From Alphaproteobacteria bacterium (GTDB lineage: Bacteria > Pseudomonadota > Alphaproteobacteria > Rickettsiales > SXRF01): a stretch of 64,000 bases of DNA. The stretch lies in the NCBI GenBank assembly GCA_033763575.1, contig JANRKF010000006.1:16166-80165 (forward strand). The letters run 5' to 3'. Numbering within the stretch: position 1 is the stretch's first letter; each line of letters opens with the position of its first letter. This document shows, in pieces, positions 20,065 through 31,854 of this stretch. A program made the translations under genes and the position numbers. The notes beneath the pieces are model-generated. The model did no database searches. It saw only the letters and a program-made list of their open reading frames with translations, and was not told the origin of the DNA.

Positions 20065-21183
20065 ATGAAATTTGTCATTGAACGGGCACATCTGCTGAAG
20101 GCGCTCGGCCACGTGCAGTCGGTGGTCGAAAAACGCGGCACCATCGCGGTGCTGGCCAACGTCAAGATCGACGCGCAGGGCGAGAATATCTCCTTCACCG
20201 CCACCGATATGGACATTGCGATTGTCGAAAAAGTGCCCGGCAATATCGCCCGCAACGGCATCACCACCATTCCTGCCCACATGCTGTATGAAATCGTCCG
20301 CAAGCTGCCGGATGGCGCGCAGATCGAAATCACCGAAAGCGATGATGGCGGCAAGGTGAGCCTCCGTTCCGGTGGCTCGCGCTTTTCGCTGGCCTGCCTG
20401 CCGGTGGAGGATTTCCCGGTGATGGCGGAAGGCGACCTGGAATACAGCTTCAGCCTGAAAGCGGCGGAATGCAAGGCGCTGATCGACAAGCCAAGCTTCG
20501 CCATGAGCAACGAGGAAACACGCTATTACCTGAACGGGATTTATTTTCACACGGCGGGTAATGGCGCGGATAAGACGCTGCGTGCGGTTGCCACCGACGG
20601 TCACCGCCTGGCCCGTATCGAAGTGGCGATGCCTGCGGGCGCAAGCGGCATGCCGGGGGTGATCGTGCCGCGCAAAGTAATTTACGAACTCAAAAAACTC
20701 CTCGCCGAAAGCGAGTCGGATGTGAATATTTCGCTCTCCGACAGCAAGATCCGTTTTGTGGTCGGCAGCGCGGTGATCGTATCGAAGCTCATCGATGGCA
20801 ATTTCCCGGATTATGAGCGGGTGATTCCTTCCGGCAACGATAAAATCCTTGAGGTCGACCGCAAGCTGTTCGCGCAGGCGGTGGATCGCGTGTCGGTGAT
20901 TTCCTCGGAAAAAACGCGTTCGGTGAAGCTTTCGGCGGAAAGCGGAAAATTGACGCTCACCGCCAGCAGCGCTGAGCACGGCGCGGCGACCGAGGAGCTG
21001 GATGCCACCTATTCCGCCGCTCCCATCGAGATCGGTTTCAACGCGCGCTATTTGCTTGAAATGCTGACCAACATCGAAGGTGATACCGCGCAATTTTTGC
21101 TGAATGACGGCGCGTCGCCCGCGCTGGTGCGCGATAGCTCGGATGTATCTGCCCTTTACGTCATCATGCCGATGCGGGTGTGA
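20065..21183 (+). CDS. dnaN: DNA polymerase III beta sliding clamp
   Basis: MKFVIERAHLLKALGHVQSVVEKR....LANV. Length is 372 aa from the ATG at 20065, and it ends ..YVIMPMRV. Confidence 0.95.
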   Translation: MKFVIERAHLLKALGHVQSVVEKRGTIAVLANVKIDAQGENISFTATDMDIAIVEKVPGNIARNGITTIPAHMLYEIVRKLPDGAQIEITESDDGGKVSLRSGGSRFSLACLPVEDFPVMAEGDLEYSFSLKAAECKALIDKPSFAMSNEETRYYLNGIYFHTAGNGADKTLRAVATDGHRLARIEVAMPAGASGMPGVIVPRKVIYELKKLLAESESDVNISLSDSKIRFVVGSAVIVSKLIDGNFPDYERVIPSGNDKILEVDRKLFAQAVDRVSVISSEKTRSVKLSAESGKLTLTASSAEHGAATEELDATYSAAPIEIGFNARYLLEMLTNIEGDTAQFLLNDGASPALVRDSSDVSALYVIMPMRV

Positions 21184-21187
21184 CCCC

Positions 21188-21304
21188 TTCGTTTATTATG
21201 GTCAGTTTCGTTGTTATCCGCGTGCTCGAATCCTCACGTAGCCTTGCTACGCTCCGGTCCTGCGCGCGCGGCTGCCTTGAAACTGGCTCATACTAATAAA
21301 CGAA
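21188..21304. repeat. long inverted-repeat element (E type) filling the dnaN-recF spacer
   Basis: Termini are TTCGTTTATTA ... TAATAAACGAA. The core CACGTAGCCTTGCTACGCTCC is shared with the element at 57875-57981. Confidence 0.7.
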
Positions 21305-22426
21305 ATGCAGCTTAATATATCCTCCCTTTCCCTCCACCATTTCCGCAATTACGAGGCAGCGCGGCTTTCGGTAACGCCTGCGCCGGTGGTGCTGTTCGGC
21401 CATAACGGTGCGGGAAAAACCAACCTGCTCGAAGCGCTTTCGCTTTTGGTGCCGGGCCGGGGTTTGCGGCGGGCGAAGCTTGGTGATTTGAAACAGGCTA
21501 GCTGCGCCGATCCGTGGGCGGTGGTAGCCTATGCGAACGGCCTGCAGGGCGAGGTGATGATTGCCACCGGGCGCGATATGGAAAATACCAGCGACATTGA
21601 AAAACGGGCGCTCAAGATCGATGGCAAGCCGGCCAAATCCCAGGCCGATCTCACCCGCCATATGAGCATGCTGTGGCTCACCCCGCAGATGGAGCAGATT
21701 TTTCTGGAGAGCACGTCCGAGGCGCGGAAATTCCTCGACCGCCTGGTCTATAGTTTTGCGGCCGAGCATGCGACCCATGTGAATGCGTATGAGCAGGCGA
21801 TGCGCGAGCGAAACCGGCTGCTGGCACTTGGAAACGCCGATTCCTCATGGCTTTCGGCGCTGGAAAATACCATGGCGGAAAAGGCGGCGGCGATTGCGGC
21901 GGCACGGCTTTCCACCGTGCAGCATATCAACCATGCCGTGCAAGGCTCAACGCTTTCTTTTCCCAAGCCGCAACTGGCGGTGCGCGGGCTGGTGGAGGAT
22001 GCGCTGGCCGAGGGAAAATCGGCGCTCGAAGCCGAAAACCACTTCCGCGATGCGCTTTGCGGCGGCAGGAACCGCGATGCGGCGGCGGGGCGCACGCTCG
22101 CTGGCCCGCACCGTTCGGAACTGCTGGTAACGCACCGTGAGCGCGGGGTCCTTGCGCATTTATGCTCCACCGGCGAGCAGAAGGCGCTCATTTTATCGAT
22201 TATTCTGGCGCAGAGCCGCGCTGGCTCTATGTGGAACGGGGTGGTGCCGGTGATTTTGCTCGATGAGGTGGTCGCCCATCTCGACCCGGCGAGAAGGCTT
22301 GAATTATTTGCAGAAATCTGCGATAGTAAAGCCCAGGTCTGGATGACCGGAACCGACCGCTCACTCTTTTCCGGCATCGAATCGGCGGCACAGTTTTTTG
22401 AAGTAAGAAATGGAACGATTGTATGA
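21305..22426 (+). CDS. recF: DNA replication/repair protein RecF
   Basis: 373 aa with L.L..FRNY, Walker A (GHNGAGKTNLLEA) and the signature S.GEQK.L.LS, followed by LLDEV.AHLD. Confidence 0.93.
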   Translation: MQLNISSLSLHHFRNYEAARLSVTPAPVVLFGHNGAGKTNLLEALSLLVPGRGLRRAKLGDLKQASCADPWAVVAYANGLQGEVMIATGRDMENTSDIEKRALKIDGKPAKSQADLTRHMSMLWLTPQMEQIFLESTSEARKFLDRLVYSFAAEHATHVNAYEQAMRERNRLLALGNADSSWLSALENTMAEKAAAIAAARLSTVQHINHAVQGSTLSFPKPQLAVRGLVEDALAEGKSALEAENHFRDALCGGRNRDAAAGRTLAGPHRSELLVTHRERGVLAHLCSTGEQKALILSIILAQSRAGSMWNGVVPVILLDEVVAHLDPARRLELFAEICDSKAQVWMTGTDRSLFSGIESAAQFFEVRNGTIV

Positions 22427-22863
22427 GTGAAGGTAAAGAAAAAACACCGCTGGAAATTGCACAGAAGCTTGCTAAGAATGTTCTGCAGCCAAATGTTCGA
22501 CGCCAGTCGGATTTCTTGCCGGAAGGGTTTGATTCTGGGAAGGCAGCGGAAGCAGTGCATGCTATGTTCATGCAATTTGTCGAACGTCGAGCCTGTAACC
22601 TTTTGCCTGCGGGCGAGCTGTATATCCTCATGTTAACCCCAGATAATCCAGCCTATACGCGCAATCTATCTTTTCCTTATAAAGGTGAATTATCGGAGGC
22701 AAACGTAGCAGACCTGAAATACGCGCTACTATTAATGGCAACGCCTGAACTCATTCCTGATGCGCCACCGCCAGAACCGGGTAATCCGGGTGATGTGACC
22801 GGCGCGGCCAAAGCATATCCCATAAATACGGGTGCGTCCACCAGCCTGGACGGCAGCGCATAA
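22423..22863 (+). CDS. hypothetical protein between recF and gyrB
   Basis: 146-aa ORF whose ATG overlaps the recF stop (ATGA). It is AT-richer than its neighbours and I recognise no family; it does not look like DUF721. Confidence 0.5.
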   Translation: MSEGKEKTPLEIAQKLAKNVLQPNVRRQSDFLPEGFDSGKAAEAVHAMFMQFVERRACNLLPAGELYILMLTPDNPAYTRNLSFPYKGELSEANVADLKYALLLMATPELIPDAPPPEPGNPGDVTGAAKAYPINTGASTSLDGSA

Positions 22864-22908
22864 CAACCCAAATTTACCCGCAAAAAACAGCGTATAACGC
22901 TTGAATAA

Positions 22909-25673
<2,765 letters not shown>

Positions 25674-25692
25674 CGGATTTTCCTTTCTTACT

Positions 25693-25785
25693 GTCATGGT
25701 CGCGCTTGACGCGACCATCCATCGCAAGTGCCGTGGGCACAATTAAATTTTAGATGGATCCTCGGATCAAGTCCGAGGATGGCAG
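25693..25785. repeat. nested palindromic element (copy B2) between the ferredoxin start and the yggT stop
   Basis: GTCATGGTCGCGCTTGACGCGACCATCCATC ... GATGGATCCTCGGATCAAGTCCGAGGATGGCAGC. The architecture matches the A and B copies. Confidence 0.75.
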
Positions 25786-26073
25786 CTACCAGTTATAGAA
25801 ATAGGTATAAAGCGCGTTGCTGGTGAAGTTGAGCAGGAGCATCAGGATGATCGGCGAGAGGTCGATGCCGCCGAGATCGGGCATATATTTCTGGATCGGG
25901 CGGAGCGCAGGCAGCACCAGCCGGTCGAGCGCAACCATGATGCGCTGCACCAGCGGCTGGTAGCCGTTGATGATTTTGAAGGAAATCAATGTGGAGACCA
26001 CGGCCCACACAATCACGCAGATGAGGTAGAGGTGAAGGACGCTGGCGAGCAGGTCGATAAAGGGATTGAGCAT
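25786..26073 (-). CDS. yggT: YggT family membrane protein
   Basis: 95 aa from the ATG at 26073 (MLNPFIDLLASVLHLYLICVIVWAVVS....DLSPIILMLLL). Only this part of the 265-aa track ORF looks real. Confidence 0.75.
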   Translation of the reverse strand: MLNPFIDLLASVLHLYLICVIVWAVVSTLISFKIINGYQPLVQRIMVALDRLVLPALRPIQKYMPDLGGIDLSPIILMLLLNFTSNALYTYFYNW

Positions 26074-26094
26074 ATTTTTGTATTTCGCTAGAAT

Positions 26095-26631
26095 GTGTTC
26101 ATGAAAGAAAATAAACCGCGTGTTAGTTTCACCGCCTGTATCGTCATAGTATGCCTCGTCGCTCTGCACAATAGCAAACGTTGGGCGCATCTGGTCACGC
26201 GGGAGGATGCAGAATTTTACAAAACATGCCTGACGCAGGCCGGGAAATATTCCCTCGTCGTCAGGCTGCTCTCGCCGTTTCCTGCGCTGGTCGCGTTGCT
26301 TGTCGAAAGTTTTTTTGCCAAGGGCATGGTGAAGCATTATGCGCTCCGCAAGCTGGATATACGGCGATTGATCGAAGATGCGCGGGCGGATGGCGCCGAG
26401 CAGTGTGTGATATTGGGTGGCGGATTTGATATATGTGCGTACCGCATGGCAAGCAAACATAAAGATTTTAACGTGTTTGAAATAGATCGCCCGCTGATGC
26501 ACTGGGTGCAGCTGCCAATAAGGGCGAGCGGGTCGTTTCCCTGGAGAATCAATCCGGGGAGTATGTTGTGTCGGCAAAGACACATTAAGAAGTCTTTGAA
26601 ATCAAACATTACAAACTATCTACATTTTTAA
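26095..26631 (+). pseudogene. truncated SAM-dependent (LCM/TcmP-type) O-methyltransferase remnant
   Basis: The central part (GMVKHYALRKLDIRRLIEDARADGAEQCVILGGGFDICAYRM....VFEIDRP) matches the N-terminal half of PF04072-type methyltransferases. The sequence then diverges and stops, and the C-terminal half is absent. Confidence 0.45.
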
Positions 26632-26687
26632 TAAAATTTTAAATAAATGTCATTAGCGTGACCTCGTAAGTAACCAGAGGTCTTGCT

Positions 26688-28664
26688 ATGAATAAACTAT
26701 TTTATACTACGCTTTTAAGCTCGACTATTTTATTCGGTGCAGTCCAGAGTGCGATGGCGGCCTCGGATGTTGATTCCGATGATTTGCTCAATATGTCGCT
26801 TGCTGAGCTTTCCAACGTGGAGGTGACCTCGGTATCCAAGAAAGCCGAAAAAGAAACCGAAGCCGCCGCTGCGATTTTCGTGATCACCCAGGAAGATATT
26901 CAGCGCTCCGGCGCCACCGCTATTCCCGATTTACTGCGCATGGCCCCCGGTATTACGGTGACACAGGCCGGTTCGCATGACTGGACGGTGACAGCGCGCG
27001 GCTCCAACGACCAGTTCTCCAACAAGCTACTGGTGCTGATGGACGGCCGGACGATTTATTCACCGCTTTTCTCCGGCGTGATCTGGGACGTGCAGGACAC
27101 GATGCTCGAAGACATCGACCGCATTGAGGTGATTCGCGGGCCGGGCGCGACGCTCTGGGGCGCGAACGCGGTGAACGGCGTAATCAATATCATCACTAAA
27201 AACGCAAAAGATACGCAGGGCGGCTTGGCCGTGGTCAGCGCAGGTAATCAGGTGAAGGGTATTGGTTCGGCGCGTTATGGCCTGAAGGTTGGCGAAGATA
27301 GCTATGTGCGGATGTATGCCAAGCAAAAAGAATATAATTCAGAAGACCTGACTTCTGGCGCTACGGCCAATGATAACTGGAAGCGCAGTCAGGCGGGATT
27401 CAGGGGTGATTTGAGTGTTGGCGATGGAGACAAGCTCACGGTTCAGGGCGATATTTATGCCAATGATGAAGACGCCAATTATACAATCCCCGATCTAACT
27501 GCGGCTGGATTTATCAGCCATCCGGAAGGCATCAAGGCGGCGGGTGGAAACGTTCTGACGCGTTGGGAGCGCAAGCACAGCGAGGAATCGCAAACGACTG
27601 TGCAGATGTATTTTGATAATACCAGCTATAAAACCAGCTTCTTTAATGACCTGACCAACACCGGCGATATTGATGTTCAAAACGTATGGACTGGGTGGGG
27701 CGGCCAGGAAATCGTTTGGGGTGCCGGCTATCGCCTGGTCAGCAGCGAAAACGACCCGCAATCAGCGCAATACTCCCTGACGCCGAAACATCGCAACGAC
27801 AATTTATTCAATGCATTCGTTCAGGACAAGATTACGCTGATTCCAGAGGATTTATTCCTGACGCTTGGTACGAAGGTTGAGCATAATGATTATACGGGTG
27901 TTGAGGTGCAGCCGAGTGTTCGCATGTCCTGGCTACCTGCGGAAAATCAGGCGGTTTGGGGTTCTGTTTCACGCGCGGTGCACACGCCGTATCGTTATAC
28001 GGATGATGCTGTTCAGGCGGGCGGCATTGCAATATTGCCTGGCCCTACTCCGGTCTATATTCTTACGGCTCCCAACAAAAGTTTAAAATCCGAAGAACTC
28101 ATTGCTTATGAGCTGGGTTACCGCATTCAGCCGACTAAGGCGCTCTCATTTGACCTCGCTACATTTTACAATGAGTATGATGAGCTATTTTTTAGCAATA
28201 TAGGCACACCGACGACGTTTGTTCCGGCTGTGATTGATAACACCGGCTCAGGCACCTCCATGGGCTTTGAGCTTTCCAGCAAATGGAACGTTTCCAATCA
28301 GTGGCAGTTGGCTGGCGCTTACAGTTACATCAATGAAGTGTTTGATAAAAAGACGGCGCTTGCCCCTAGCTTTGTTGGAAAAACCCCGACGCATCAATTT
28401 AATGTCCGCTCTAGCTATGTGTTCATGCCGGGGGTGGAGATGAACAATGCCCTGTATTATGTGGACGACTTAAATGGCGTGGGGATTAAAGGATATTACC
28501 GCTTTGATACGAGCCTTGCCTATCGTGTGACGGATGACATTGAGGTGAGTATCGTGGGCCAAAACCTGTTCCGCAACAGCCACCAGGAGTTCAGCCCCTT
28601 CGCCTATCGGGCTGCTACGGAAATTGGCCGAAGCATCTACGGCAGCCTTACGGCTAGATTCTAG
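26688..28664 (+). CDS. TonB-dependent outer-membrane receptor
   Basis: 658 aa with a signal peptide, a plug domain (LSNVEVTSVSKK.E...EAAAAIFVITQEDIQRSGATAIPDLLRMAPGI, IEVIRGPGATLWGANAVNGVINIITK), a beta-barrel and a terminal aromatic (..SLTARF). Confidence 0.9.
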   Translation: MNKLFYTTLLSSTILFGAVQSAMAASDVDSDDLLNMSLAELSNVEVTSVSKKAEKETEAAAAIFVITQEDIQRSGATAIPDLLRMAPGITVTQAGSHDWTVTARGSNDQFSNKLLVLMDGRTIYSPLFSGVIWDVQDTMLEDIDRIEVIRGPGATLWGANAVNGVINIITKNAKDTQGGLAVVSAGNQVKGIGSARYGLKVGEDSYVRMYAKQKEYNSEDLTSGATANDNWKRSQAGFRGDLSVGDGDKLTVQGDIYANDEDANYTIPDLTAAGFISHPEGIKAAGGNVLTRWERKHSEESQTTVQMYFDNTSYKTSFFNDLTNTGDIDVQNVWTGWGGQEIVWGAGYRLVSSENDPQSAQYSLTPKHRNDNLFNAFVQDKITLIPEDLFLTLGTKVEHNDYTGVEVQPSVRMSWLPAENQAVWGSVSRAVHTPYRYTDDAVQAGGIAILPGPTPVYILTAPNKSLKSEELIAYELGYRIQPTKALSFDLATFYNEYDELFFSNIGTPTTFVPAVIDNTGSGTSMGFELSSKWNVSNQWQLAGAYSYINEVFDKKTALAPSFVGKTPTHQFNVRSSYVFMPGVEMNNALYYVDDLNGVGIKGYYRFDTSLAYRVTDDIEVSIVGQNLFRNSHQEFSPFAYRAATEIGRSIYGSLTARF

Positions 28665-29710
28665 CCCCTTTGGCGATGGTTGAGCAGAGATCGCAGCCCT
28701 GAGCAGTAATTCTTCAAAATGGTGGCGTGATAAGGGTGGTTCTTCGGCAAAATCGTAAGTAGATGGCGGTGAGCGGCTTCCATATTGTGATAAGGAATTT
28801 GTGGAAACATGTGATGCAGCGCATGGTAGCGCAACCCCACGGGAAAAAATAATGTATTGAATAGTGTTGGGGGAAGTGTGGTGGAATCGATAATTTGCTG
28901 TTTATGGCTGGTTTGAGTAAAATTGCTGATATATCGATGGCTCATGATGACGCGGTAGTAGTTAATGACACTAGTGAGGTAAATTGCAGCGCACCATACC
29001 CCCATCAGCGTGATGGGTAATACGCCTGTGTAGAGAAGCACCGCTGTGGCCAGGGTATAAACGGCGCACCCTGCATCCTGCAGATACCATTCTTTTTTTT
29101 CTGCATCCGTCGGAAGAGGTCGGACATATTTCAGGTTCAGAGCAAGCGTGGACATATAGCGGAATACGAAAGTTCGCCCATTGCTGCCTATAAATGGCAG
29201 CAGAAACGGAATAATTCCCCAGCGTATGATTAAAAACAGCGGCAAGAAAAGCGAGACGACGAAGGGAGAAAACACCAAGATATAGAAAGGGCCGCGATGC
29301 CCCAGATTATCATACTCCGCATCTTCCATGGTGCCATAAGTTCTTGGCAGATGATGGTAGAGATGGGTGTTGTAATTATACAGTGGGACTTTGTGCAGGA
29401 AGCCATGAAACAGATTATACATCATCCCCGTCCACCCAAGTTTTTTATTCAGATGATAAATTTCATGCATAAAAATGGTCATGCGGAATAGCGCTAGCGA
29501 GGCAATGATGATAAGGACAAATTGTATAAGGGAACCCGTTTCTTCCATGGCGGCCAATACCAGGCATACATTTCCAATAAGAAACGTGATTAGAAAGTCG
29601 ATAAAATAAAATATTTTATTGGGCTGAAGATAGGGCTGCATTTCAGGAAGAAGTTTGGCAAGATCAAGTTTTTCAGAAGCCGTATCGTTCAAAAATAATT
29701 CACTGTACAT
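28661..29710 (-). CDS. membrane fatty-acid desaturase family protein
   Basis: 349 aa with three His boxes (HEIYH, HLYHH, HALHH) and TM helices. It is AT-richer than the core genes. Confidence 0.8.
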   Translation of the reverse strand: MYSELFLNDTASEKLDLAKLLPEMQPYLQPNKIFYFIDFLITFLIGNVCLVLAAMEETGSLIQFVLIIIASLALFRMTIFMHEIYHLNKKLGWTGMMYNLFHGFLHKVPLYNYNTHLYHHLPRTYGTMEDAEYDNLGHRGPFYILVFSPFVVSLFLPLFLIIRWGIIPFLLPFIGSNGRTFVFRYMSTLALNLKYVRPLPTDAEKKEWYLQDAGCAVYTLATAVLLYTGVLPITLMGVWCAAIYLTSVINYYRVIMSHRYISNFTQTSHKQQIIDSTTLPPTLFNTLFFPVGLRYHALHHMFPQIPYHNMEAAHRHLLTILPKNHPYHATILKNYCSGLRSLLNHRQRG

Positions 29711-29834
29711 GCTAATAGACCTTGTTTCACTGTGGTTTCTACATTAGAATTTCTTCTGTTTTATTGCAACAGTTATGAGCATTAACTCAGACCACGCCAT
29801 CCATTTATCGCTTCCTCCCTAATTGGCTCAGCTG

Positions 29835-30806
29835 ATGGAAAAAGAAGAATACCTAGAAATTAAGAAGCAGCTCTCGTTTGAGAAGCCTGTGATTCTGACG
29901 TTGGTCACTATGGCTGTGCAGCTTTCGCTGTTGGCTCTTGCCATCGCATTGCTATTGCAAGGAACAGCCTTGACGTATCTTCTGTCGCAGTTGTTATTTG
30001 CGTTGTATTTTTTTCATGCGTTTGCCATGCTGCATGAAGCTGGCCACGGCAATCTTCACAAGAAACGCTTGGTGAATTGGGTTGTCGGACATTTCTTCAG
30101 TGTTTTTTGTTTCATCCCCTTTTTTTCATGGCAGCATATGCATCAGGGGCACCATGTTTATGCCGGCAGCATTAATAAAGACCCCGGCTCCAGGACGCTG
30201 CGAAAGATTCGCCAGCTCGGGAAAGTTCCAAAGCTTTACCAAATTGGCTGGAAACTCTGGGTTCCGATGCCCGCCATAGCGCAGCATGTGATGCTTTGGT
30301 TTTACCCCTTGCGGATATGGAGGGAGGAGCCGGAAAACAAGAGGACACTCTACCAAAGCTTTTTTTCAGTGTGTTTTTTGGTGCTGGCGTATCTGTTGCT
30401 ATTCCAGCTTTTTCCTGAAGTGGTAACGGCTCAGAATTTTCTTCCTGCTATCTTGCTGTATTTCGTGCTGACAGAGATTATTAACGCTCCACATCATGTG
30501 GGTATGCCACATTTTTATTCCACGCCGGAAAAGGACAGACTCAGGCTTTGGGAGCAGAACCTGCCCACAAGAAGCTGCCATTATTACGGTGTCTTATCGG
30601 AAATTGTGACGCTAAATTTCAGCCTGCATACCGAGCATCATTTTTTCCCCACGCTTCCGTGGTACCGCTTAAAGAAAGCGCGCGATCTTATCAAGCCAAG
30701 GCTGGGCAAGTCCTATAACGAGGTAGGAGATTTTTCCTGGAACTGGAGAACTCGTAAAGTTGCTGCAGGCAAGGTTGTTTTATCAGATGATGCGTTATTG
30801 GGCTAA
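29835..30806 (+). CDS. membrane fatty-acid desaturase family protein
   Basis: His boxes HEAGHGNLH, HQGHHVY and HTEHHFFP. I prefer the ATG at 29835 to the TTG at 29823. Confidence 0.8.
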   Translation: MEKEEYLEIKKQLSFEKPVILTLVTMAVQLSLLALAIALLLQGTALTYLLSQLLFALYFFHAFAMLHEAGHGNLHKKRLVNWVVGHFFSVFCFIPFFSWQHMHQGHHVYAGSINKDPGSRTLRKIRQLGKVPKLYQIGWKLWVPMPAIAQHVMLWFYPLRIWREEPENKRTLYQSFFSVCFLVLAYLLLFQLFPEVVTAQNFLPAILLYFVLTEIINAPHHVGMPHFYSTPEKDRLRLWEQNLPTRSCHYYGVLSEIVTLNFSLHTEHHFFPTLPWYRLKKARDLIKPRLGKSYNEVGDFSWNWRTRKVAAGKVVLSDDALLG

Positions 30807-30817
30807 CGTCAAAGCGC

Positions 30818-31540
30818 CTACTTTATCAGCTCAAGCTTTCTTTCTTTAGGTGTATGAACTTTGGGATGAATATTCCCACAAACATCACTTAAGTCCGACA
30901 TTACGAGATAAGCTTTCTCCTCAAAGTTCGGAATCGGCGGCACTATAATTTCATCGCAAATACGGGTGTGGGCCGCTCCAAAGCTGTTGGCGATGCGTCG
31001 CCAGTTGCGGGCCAGTGCCGCAGTCGTGCGCACAAATATATAGTGGGTATCTGCGCCGATTACTTTCTCAAACATAATTTTGCATAAGCCATGCATAATT
31101 TCCTGCTGGCGATGCTCCTCAAGGATGGCGAATTTAGAAATCACCCCGTGGCGCTCTTTATCAAGCGGAAGGTTATGGAAGGCTTCTCTAAGCTTGAAAT
31201 CTTCCGTTTCCATTGGCAGGAGGAAGCTCTCATCTCCCTCACGTACGGTCAGGCGGCAGGCACCGATGAGAAGCTTGCCGCGGCGGGCTACCAATATCTC
31301 GCTGATTTTATCATGGTTGTCGGCGCCGCCGCTACCATCACTGTTCATGACATCGCGGCCAAACATCTGGTCGCGCAGGCGGTAATATTGGTGGAGTAGC
31401 GCTTTATCGTCCGTGAATTCAAAAACGACCGGCTCAGGTTGGGGGGCTGGTCTGCCGAAACGCCTGATGAGCGCTTCTTGTGCGCTCTCAAGAAAGCTTT
31501 TTGTTTTTGGGGCCTCAACGGCATCGGTTGGCTTCGTCAT
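30818..31540 (-). CDS. GNAT-fold N-acyltransferase (OlsB / N-acyl amino acid synthase / LuxI-like)
   Basis: 240 aa with the pattern YYRLRDQMFG....D..HD..SEILVAR.G.LIGACRL and later ISKFAILEEHR. This resembles PF13444-type acyl-ACP-dependent N-acyltransferases. Confidence 0.55.
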   Translation of the reverse strand: MTKPTDAVEAPKTKSFLESAQEALIRRFGRPAPQPEPVVFEFTDDKALLHQYYRLRDQMFGRDVMNSDGSGGADNHDKISEILVARRGKLLIGACRLTVREGDESFLLPMETEDFKLREAFHNLPLDKERHGVISKFAILEEHRQQEIMHGLCKIMFEKVIGADTHYIFVRTTAALARNWRRIANSFGAAHTRICDEIIVPPIPNFEEKAYLVMSDLSDVCGNIHPKVHTPKERKLELIK

Positions 31541-31854
31541 ATAGTTAACTTTCAGTTAATGACATTCTCAATGGTTAACCTTATATTAGGTATTTTTGCA
31601 AAAATCAATAGGTATTTTTTTCCTAGATAGCACATAATTCGCATCTTTGCAACAGGATTATGCAAAGATCATTATCCTTCTATTTGCCTGTATTCCTTAA
31701 TAAAACAGCAATGTTTTGCCGCTATCCTGACGCTTGTAAGACTATCAAAAGGCTTGGAAATACGTGCATGCATAAAACACCGTACAATAATATATTTAGT
31801 AATTTCAGATGCTTGTTGCGGTGCTATCCGCCCTCTCGTGGTGTGGTGTGACCC

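Noticed and set aside
25786-26583. 265-aa ORF in the track.
   Set aside because: - Only the C-terminal 95 aa (from the ATG at 26073) resemble YggT.
- The upstream 170 aa look like the antisense of the methyltransferase remnant and have no recognisable features.
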